DNA from: Octopus sinensis
Lineage: Eukaryota
DNA length: 64,000 nucleotides
Direction: 5' to 3'
NCBI RefSeq assembly: GCF_006345805.1
Contig: NC_043012.1
Coordinates: 13,454,001 to 13,518,000 of the forward strand
Below are positions 54,830 through 64,000 of this stretch, one piece after another. Position 1 is the first letter of the stretch, and every line of letters starts with the position of its first letter. The notes under the pieces were generated by a model, which ran no database searches, was not told the DNA's origin, and saw nothing but the letters and a program-made list of their open reading frames with translations. The position numbers were made by a program, and so were the translations under genes.

Positions 54830-55700
54830 TATGTGAGCCAATTCAGTAATCATTCTTGGGCAATCACTAAGAACTTAGTTAAGAATATTTTCAACGGGAA
54901 GGCTGAATTTTATAACTCAGCCTTACTTAATCAGGCTACACAGAAAGTTACCTACATTAATTCTATTCAATCTAACTTTACTAACGATATGAACGATTCC
55001 AATTTTAATTTATATGCCAACACCAAACAGGGGCAGTATTTTTTACAACGTAAGGGAGATAACCGTTATTTAAACTCCCTTTTCATTCTAAAGTTAAATC
55101 GATGTCTTTTAAAGATAGTTAAACTAAAAATAAGGCAACTGCTACCAAATCTATTTGGTTGATTATTCCTTATAGGAGAAAAATTAAATCTAATCTTCCT
55201 TTCCAATTTCGGGAAGCTATTATAAGGAATTTTCCTAAGAACTCTAGGCATTACGCGGTTACCAACTCCCACACGGTTAGGGTTGGTTTTACCAACACAA
55301 AAAACTCTCACAAATTATCTCTTCACAAATTATCTCTTCACATAATTATCTCTTCTGTTACATAAGAATCCAATTACTAATACTAACATTAATTTAGTAA
55401 ATACTAACCATGCACTTAGAAATATTAATAACGAGGTTATTGTCTCTGAAGTCAATTCCAGCAAAATTAACTTATGTCTAATAATTCTAAGATTAAAAAC
55501 TCTATATACCATTGTAAAATTACTTTAAGTCTTCTTATTTCATTCTCATATGATAAAGGCAAGGAATTCTGCCAACTCTGTAACAGTGAACTATTTTCTA
55601 TTCTATTTTCTAAGAATCACCTTGTGAACACGTTTATAGAGCGTGCTTATCGATGTAAAGATTGGCAGAAACATACCTTTAGTAGTTCATATGAGTGACA
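54830..55700 (+). mobile_element. Possible Penelope-like element remnants
   Basis: Broken N/K-rich ORFs, and a CQLCNSEL..I segment resembling the CxLCxxE motif near the Penelope GIY-YIG end. Confidence 0.3.
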
Positions 55701-56085
55701 TCTACCATTATATATAATTTGAACATTCATTTTCTTCCACTAGATATATCTTTTCTCAAGCCTTTAAGCTTTTATTCTAATTCACATATCTCTCTATATT
55801 GCTCCTTTATTAGCTTTCTGCTTATTTCTTTCCTTTACCCCTTAACTTTCTATAGGCTACCTTTGATTTTATATCTTCAAACGGTTTTTTAAAAAACTTA
55901 ATAGCGTTCCGTTCATCAGTTTACACATCCATCACATTCTGTTTAAATGATGAGTTTGGATTCTTTCTTTCTCTGATGAGAAGATTACATTGTTTAACGC
56001 CAGTTTGTTCCTTTGGAATGATACCAATGTTGTCTTCGAAACATATGTCGGAAGTAAAAGAATTTGAATAACACCTGCGTTTAAC

Positions 56086-56139
<54 letters not shown>

Positions 56140-58639
56140 TGTATCTAAATTTATGCCCAATAGTTTGATACTTCAGTTTCATTTTTAATTTAGAATCATA
56201 CAGAGAGACAGAGAGACAGAGAGACAGACCGATAGATCGATAGATAGACAGATAGATGTTTGTATGTATGTATGTATGTATGTATGTATGTAGGTATATA
56301 TGTATGTATGTATGTACTTGAATGTCTTCACACCCCTACAATCGCCTGAAAGAGAGTTTGTCAAACATGAAGAAAAAATTCTCGCTTATGTAAAGGTCTA
56401 AACTGCAGCTAAATTTTCTTTGTACGTTAAAATACCCCTCAATATACCGAAAGCTTAATTATGTTGCGGGCTGCGAGCACAAGCCAGTCCCTATCATTGA
56501 TGGATTCGTTATAAAACTGCAACTTTCCAATCGGTGTAGGTATGACTTTTTATAGTACCCCCTACATGTACTTAACTGTTCAAAGAGGGAACCATGTAGC
56601 TGATAATTGTGTATTTATTCTTATAAAATAAACAAGAAATATTTCACCTCGGAAAACTGACTTGAAATTGCTCTTATAATTTTAAGCATATGGCAAACGT
56701 ATTTAAGTAATTTTTATTAGTGAATATATATATATAAAACTGAAGGTGGGTATGTATGGTGAGTGTGTGAGTGTATGTTTAAACAAGCAGAAGTTCTGAA
56801 GTTCGCAACTGATACTCACCAAACTCGAAATATCCGTTACGTTCCATGGATGCGTTTAGACGTTTAAACATTTTCACATAATGAATAATGTGGTCCCTGT
56901 GAGCAGAAAACCCCCTTTCCAGAAACAAATCTCTACTTTTACAGTCTTGGGTAGGTGGAGTTATCCCCCTTACAGATCTTGTTGGATTCTCTTTCTATCA
57001 TCATCTCTGGTTATTTTCCTAATTAATGAAGATAACCTCTCTTTGATTTCGTTATTTAATTGATGTTTTTTTCCAATGGTTGTAATGGATCCTCTCGTGG
57101 AGGAGGGCATATCCTGCCCTTTCCGATACTCTTTTAACTTTATGTGAATCGACTGGTGTCATTATATTCAAGCCAGGTGGCATTAGATTTGTATCTCTAC
57201 ATCTACATATATTTATGTATAGAATTTTTATAGGAAACATACATCATGTTAACAATGGATTCAGAACCATGTTGTGCAGACCGGTAATCGTGTCTGGAAA
57301 TCCCCCATTTTACTGGAGATAGTAGAGAAGTATTAGCTTGGTATCCACAGAAATACTTATCATCCCATTCCTTATGCATTCAATATTCATATCCTGACAC
57401 CGCAAATGATCCGATGTTTGTTGCTTTATCTTGCCTCACCTTCAAGAACAATGAGAATCTGGAACCTTTACTGGAACCTTTAGGAGGATAATAGCTACCA
57501 GCCATGCAGAACCAGGCCAAAATATATGATCTAGTTCATGATGCAATACCTTCCACTATATGATTAATATACTACAATCCTCACTACACTTATGTCACAG
57601 TGGTGTATCATCCAAACATCTGCTGTACAGTGAATCAGCTGCACAATTTTCAGTACTATCTACGCTTAAGAAATACGCTTCTAACATATTCGTCATCACA
57701 TTTGAAGCTCGTTAGGATAAGTTTATCATTCCTATATATCATAAAAAAGCAAGGTCATTAGCGTGTAGGATATAACGTAATTCTAGCTCCAGTAGAGCTT
57801 CCAGGTCAATAAACACAGTTACGCGTTTCGCGTACAAAAGTCATTGCTACGTGATTACACATCGTTATTTATTCCAACATGTATTACTTTTATTTGAAGC
57901 TTAAGTTTTGCTTCACCTCACGTAAACCACACACACATACACACAAACACACAGACATATGTATGAATGCGTTTTTGTATGAAACAATGTGCTTTCTATA
58001 GCGCATATAAAATTAGCACTTATAAAATGTACGCGCTCGCAAATATTTATAAGAAACATAAATATTCATAAGCTTACAATATACAAAATATATATATCAG
58101 AAGTCAAATGAAGTCAGAATATGTTTCAATATTTATTCTATGGACGAATTTTATGTAACATACATATAAATTATTTTTTTTAAATAATACTTTTATCAAA
58201 TTTCGAATATTTAAATCAATTTTCTTTCGTTAAAATTATTTTTATTCGTATTCTAATACATTAGTGTATACGCACTTTTTATAACGCCCCATTTTCGCAT
58301 ATATACATTGGCCTAAAATAATGTATTGTAAAATACTTCCTTTTGAAAAAGAATCGAATATATATCCATAAAACATATTCCACAAACTCTGCCACGATAA
58401 AAGATGATGGTTAAAATTTGAACATTTTAATCAAATTGCTTATAGAACAATGTGCCTTTAGTGAGAAATATGCCCATCAACAAATCCTCTTGTCAACATC
58501 AAAGTACACGATAAACAAATTCCTATACTAACAAATACTTGACGTGCTCACCAAATAACCTCTACTTTCGAAATACAAACGGGAAATAACTTAAATAACG
58601 TCAAAAAGTAAACAAAATCTCTGACCGGGCGAAGACACA

Positions 58640-58940
58640 CCATATATTTACAATATTTTATAAACCATTAAAAATGCCACTGCAGAAACGTGAGACAACC
58701 AATCGCTAGGTTTTCGAAAATTTGATCTTTATATTTACAAACTAAAGAATTAAATCAACAAAACCAAAAAATACCCCCAAACTAATGGCATATCCACTGG
58801 CCAAAAACTTTCATTTACTATCTACATCGTTTTTTGTGAACTACTAAGTAACTTACAAGCCATAAACTTGAAGGTTAATGACCTAAACATACACAGAGCT
58901 TTACAATTGTCTGTATACATAAACGAATTCTAAACAATAA
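58640..58940 (+). mobile_element. Degraded reverse transcriptase fragment (Penelope-like)
   Basis: KYPQTNGISTGQKLSF....FCELL...SVYINEF resembles YxQxxGxxxGxxLS...YxDD. Confidence 0.55.
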
Positions 58941-59289
58941 TATAATCCCAAATTTTAAAAAACAAATCCACAACACGTATCCATCATAACCAACCCTACA
59001 ACCAAAACACCATTCACCTGAGCATCACAAGCCTCAGAAAATTTTATCTCAACAGAGATAAACTTCACGATTTGCCGGGCGTACCGATATTACTGGCAAA
59101 GACCTCGCCTTTATTTTATCTGATTAGCTTGAAGTTTTCATATAATGGTTTTATGAGTGAGCAAACTTAATTGGTTTCGATCATTTTTATTTCAGGCCGT
59201 GGGAGTCTTCTGTAAGTTCTTTATAGTCATATGTTAAAAATATTTTTAAAACCACATCATTAACTGGTTGTTATATTATTGTTGTCATT

Positions 59290-59600
59290 TCCATTCAGAA
59301 GAGGTTTGAATGTTTTTAATAAACCGTTTTTCTTTTATCGTTTTTCCAAACTCACTTGCGTCATTTAGTTTGTGGAAAGGGAAAATTAAAAATATTTCCT
59401 ATCTACATGTTTCTATATGTACGCTCAATGGAATTTGGCGAACATTAGCGTTCCTGATTTGTTGTCTGTGGACTCTTAAGCGTTCCGATAATGCATTTCC
59501 TGTCTCGCCAATATATAGTTCATTGCAATTCAGCTATTTAATGCTGCATATAAAATTTCTAGTTTTGCAGTTGTTAAAAGCCTTCTCCACTCGCACACAC
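59290..59600 (-). mobile_element. Penelope-like GIY-YIG endonuclease fragment
   Basis: Minus strand reads FNNCKTRNFICSIK*LNCNELYIGETGNALSERLRVHRQQIR...IPLSVHIETC. Confidence 0.85.
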
Positions 59601-60245
59601 AATAGGTTCTTTAAGCGGCACGCAGTAACTAATCACGTGTAGAGAAAGTGACTTGTTTTAAATCTCTCAGCGGAAGGTATACAATAACAGTATCGAATAG
59701 TAACGTCTACTTGCCTACAGAATGTAGCGATCACATACAGGGCGATGTTACTGTTGCTTGAGCCCCAGGCAAACATTTTTCCAACAGGTTATCCACAGTC
59801 TATATCCCTATAGTGTTTACAAGGGAGGACATCGCTCCCATCGCCAGCCTTACGTGATACCCACCGACCATGGTTTCTGGACGGTTAAGCGCCCTCAGTT
59901 TCAGAGAATTACTGGCTGTTGATAAAAGCATTCTCCACTCGCAAACACTTTATATACTTTAAGCGACACTCAGTTTTTCATCTCGTATCGAGAGAAATAC
60001 TTTTTAAAAAATATCTTAGCGAGAGGTATACAGTAAATGTACAGAGTAGTGAAGTTTATTTGCCATCAGAATGTGGCGGTTCCATACAGAACGACGTTAC
60101 TCTTATTTAAGCTTCAGGAAATATCTTTTCCAGCTGGCTATCGATACATAGTGTGTGTCCGTATAACGTTGGCAAGATAGGTCATCGCTCCCGTATCCAG
60201 CCTTATATGATAGTCACAGTCCATGGTTTCTGACTGATTAACCGT
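59570..60245. repeat. Diverged tandem duplication of an approximately 350-bp unit (59570-59900, 59918-60245)
   Basis: Shared colinear blocks AAAAGCxTTCTCCACTCGCA, TTTAAGCGxCAC, CAGAATGTxGCG, CATCGCTCCC, CCAGCCTTA and CCATGGTTTCTG. Confidence 0.8.
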
Positions 60246-61125
60246 CCACGTTGAATATACATATAGACATACTTACAAATGTACGTACAAGTATTTAAAT
60301 CGTAATAAAGCTTTCATCTCCGTCAAGTATCTAAATGGATGTAATGAACCGCAGCATATACCATAAATCACTAATGTGATTTTACGAAATTATATGATTT
60401 TAGAAAACCATGTGTTATCCGCATTATACTGAATAACGATACGTAACCAGAAAATATAAAATAATTAACTACATCGATATTAATGAGTGCCCTCACAACG
60501 AAACCTGTTTATTATCCGATTCAAATATCAACCCCCAGTTAACACCACGTATTGAGTATATCTTCATATGTACTCCTGCTTCATTTTCCCAAAACTTGTC
60601 TAGTATGTGTAACTGATCTGTTTTTGTGTCCGATGGCACCGGTAATGTGATAACGGATCTGATTGGTGGATTTTTTATAATATAACTTTCTATTAGTATG
60701 TTGCGCAATAACTATATATCATGCTATGTAGTATTGTCTTTGACAGTTATATCGGTTTTTACTATGCATGTCTTGGTTCGTTGACACCAACATATGCAAT
60801 TTTATTTATGTAATTTACTCGAACAGTATATTGGGGGAGTGTTTTAAGTTAAGGTATTCAGGTAACTTCGTCTAAATGTTTGTAAGATTTATATCACTAT
60901 GATATATATTATATATCTCAGTTTGCAGCTGCAATTGTTTCTAAATTTCATTTAAACCCTATTTTGATTCGTAAGTCTTTAAATTATATTTCTATAAATT
61001 TTGTTGAAAATGACGTGAAAATCGTATGTCCTTGGTTTGGTGATTTCTATTTGCTTATATATATTTATACCTGATTAAACCGAGTTCAAAATTTATAGAT
61101 ACATACATACATGCATGCATGTATA

Positions 61126-61156
<31 letters not shown>

Positions 61157-62175
61157 GAACACAGAAAACAAAATATTGCGTTCTCCATTTTTGCTGTAGT
61201 CTGTATAACAATGTCATACAATTATCATTTAATGTGTACCAGTATAACAGCTTTTTGAATGAGATTTGCTATAAACAAAAGCAATAATATTTCAAATATA
61301 TTTTAGTTTACGACATATAATTCAAAATTTACAACAGCTTAGAATGAAAAGTTAATACGTAATATAAGGGAATTGCAAAAGTAACTATGAAAACTTTTAT
61401 ATGAAAATAAACGTTATCATTTCATAATGCGCAAACACATTTATTTATTTTTCATTTAAAGTGTGTATACTATATATTTATTTTGGTTCAAATATCATGT
61501 ACGAAAACATATACATTTTAAGTAACATATTTACTTTGTAAATTGATCGATGCAACCAACATTAGCTCTATAGTTCTTGTCGGTTCTTGATTATACATTA
61601 CAATAGAATGTTAGATACATGGGCATTTTAAGATGATCGTTTGATTGCTCCGTCCATAAACAACCACATAAACACAACCATATATATTCTATAGAATATA
61701 TATTATATTATAGAATATATTCAATTATAATTGTTGCGACTAAATATTGTCATTAAAGCAAACAGTCAAGCATTTCACCTAAAATAGGATTTTTTAAAAA
61801 CTTTTTACTCTTTTGTATTGGATGCAATATACCTGAAAATATCATCTTACAATTGAATTGTTTTCAAATAAAGTGCAGTTCGTTTTCTTTTTCAACATAT
61901 ATATCTAGAAGTACATCATTGTTGCCATTTGTGGGACTGTTGAGTACGAATTGGCAGATTTTCATTTCCATTTGCAGCTCTTAATTCTAGCAATCTCTTC
62001 ATAGTTAACTTGGTAGTGCTATTGTGAGGCGCGTTTACACTTAGAATATAGTTGGTTAAAAGCCCTATAGTATTCTGAAACGTAGTGTTCGTAATTAGAG
62101 AGGCAAAAGTTCAAACGCTTCCAGTTTACTTTAGATGATTGTATTTCGTATATTTGTAAAAACGTTAAGTATATA

Positions 62176-62366
62176 CTGTTGTGTCTGGGGAGAGTCATTT
62201 TCTTTTTGTGCGTTATAATGTAACGCACTCACCGGTAAAAAAAAAAATAAGATAAAAAAATAAATAAAAATAAATTAATAAAACAAAGTAATAAGTAGAA
62301 ATTTTACCGTTGAGTATGTTACATTATAAGGCACAAAAAGAAAATGACTCTCCCCAGACACAACAG
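62176..62366. repeat. Foldback element: 65-bp inverted repeats around a 61-nt A-rich spacer
   Basis: 62176-62240 matches the reverse complement of 62302-62366 with 4 mismatches. Confidence 0.92.
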
Positions 62367-63561
62367 AAATGCTCCAACACACGAAGTCATATAAAGAATC
62401 TTGCAAACCAAATCCAAAAACGAAATATAATAAGCTTTAGTTAAGGATATATTTTTAAGTATTAAGAAATCATGTCGTGGAAGATGTGTAAATGCCGTTA
62501 TGCATTAAATAGATAGCTATTGATATTATTGACAATACTTTAGTGGCAAGATATCTTTATTGAGTGTCTTAAAATGGTGTTCACTTTGTATAGACTCAAA
62601 CAATCTCTAGGTGAAGAAACCGACTTGTCCTATATTGGAGGAAATAGTCAATTAATATGCCATGTAAAACCAACACTATTAGATTTTAAAAATTAAGCAG
62701 TGTATCACATCGATCTTTTTTTTATGACGTACGTGTTTTACCAGGACAAAAAGTAGAAGCCTTAAAGCAATAAATACTAAAACTCATTGTGAGACATCTA
62801 TGAAGCACAAGTGATATGTTTGAATCCAAACAGTATCCCTGGTTTATTCCTGGCTTATACAACGACTGTGAAGAAGAAGATATTTTTACAGTACGTATAA
62901 ATATAAATCCTACAACACTTTGCAACGTATGGCTAATGCGGGCTTTATCGTAAATTATTTGCAACTTAAATGGCAGATTAATCGCAAATGTTCATAAGTT
63001 CGTTTGTGACAAAATATTTTTTTCATTTTAAAAATTAAATGAAAAATTTACACAGTAGTTAGCTGATAGTGAAATAAATTCAATACTTAATGGGTCTATA
63101 TATATGTCCACAAATAAAATTACAAATAATAAAGTCTTTATCATAACCAAACACCTGAGATTTCTAGTACATCCCCAGGATAGAGTTTTTGATAACAATC
63201 AAATGATAAACTGATGTATGTTCAGTTGGTTGAATTTTGGTTTGTTTTATATATAGTTTCAGTTGACTTCTGTTCAATTATTTCGTTTCCATTATTTTCT
63301 CTAATATGCTGAGACATGTTTTCAGGCAGTAGCTGTTCAGTTTTCTAGCATCTAAGAATATAATTTCAAATTATTTTTTAGAAGAGCGAAAACGAACGGA
63401 CACTGACCTGTGGCATCGTTTAGATATATTCGACGATGTTAAAATTGTCAACCATTCTTATCCATAGAGTTGTTTATTCCGTCAAGTTTATATTTCAGGT
63501 TATCACGTGCAGTAAAGATGTAATAAAATATATTGGTATTCGTTTTAATGATTTGTTATTG

Positions 63562-64000
63562 TTAAATAGAGTCTGATGAAACAATAATGATATAGAGTAG
63601 AAGGAATAAAACACTTGCTGACAAAATGGATTTGTCTAGCATCTGATGTTTTATTCGACATTTCTTAATGCGCCTTTTAGATTTTGTCTTAATAATTGGT
63701 TCATCTGCGTTTCCTATGATCCCGATTTTATTTTTCGATCCGTTTGTTTCTTGATCCTTTTCTGAAATTGTGATGGCGCCAGACTCGTGGGCGAACAGTT
63801 TACACACAATTACAGAGCTGATAGAAGAAAAACCGCTTACAAGTGTCAGATTTAAGAGGTATATCAAATATATAGAAGGTTCACGGGAATTATTACCCAG
63901 TTTTTTCTCAGTTTCAGAAAGATAAACTATATTTGCTAGAAAAACAGTAATTGCAACAGAAACTTTCTCTCCAGAAGAAGCCGGCAATACATAGACAGAT
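63562..64000 (-). CDS. Chemotactile-receptor-like Cys-loop channel subunit (CR-5), 3' part only; 5' end outside the window
   Basis: Open from the window edge: SVYVLPASSGEKVSVAITVFLANIVYLSETEKK, M3, GSKNKIGI (shared with CR-2 and CR-3), M4, stop at 63562. Confidence 0.9.
   Translation of the reverse strand, partial: SVYVLPASSGEKVSVAITVFLANIVYLSETEKKLGNNSREPSIYLIYLLNLTLVSGFSSISSVIVCKLFAHESGAITISEKDQETNGSKNKIGIIGNADEPIIKTKSKRRIKKCRIKHQMLDKSILSASVLFLLLYIIIVSSDSI

Noticed and set aside
60493-60708. ORF starting LRNILIESYIIKNPPIR, with the same spacing as the CR LRxxLLxxYxxxxRPVR helix
   Set aside because: No WxDxxLxW, WxP or Cys-loop follows at the expected distances. It also shows that chance CR-like motifs arise in this AT-rich DNA.

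Overview
AT-rich, microsatellite- and retroelement-dense animal genomic DNA, most consistent with an octopus or other coleoid cephalopod (inferred from the gene family and repeat content). The core is a tandem cluster of Cys-loop ligand-gated ion channel genes, each with an uninterrupted coding region and no vicinal loop-C cysteines, matching the atypical nAChR-derived chemotactile receptor (CR) family. There are four complete genes (3554-4669 +, 15854-16978 -, 24262-25404 -, 40594-41688 -) and a fifth cut by the window edge (63562-64000 -). I also find one well-supported and one tentative degraded CR-like pseudogene that are not in the ORF track. The 13-mer TTATGGATCAATT recurs 0.66-0.81 kb upstream of three minus-strand receptors and is a candidate cluster-wide cis-element. 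The receptors share unusual pore and gating-interface substitutions. The rest is transposon debris: four co-oriented R4/Dong-like RLE retroelement ends stacked in trinucleotide microsatellites, Penelope-like RT and GIY-YIG fragments, Helitron fragments plus one intact non-autonomous Helitron, mariner relics, tRNA-derived SINEs, foldback elements, a 52-bp minisatellite and a 910-bp tandem duplication. Most short ORFs in the track are microsatellite artefacts. All alignments were done by eye; no searches were run.
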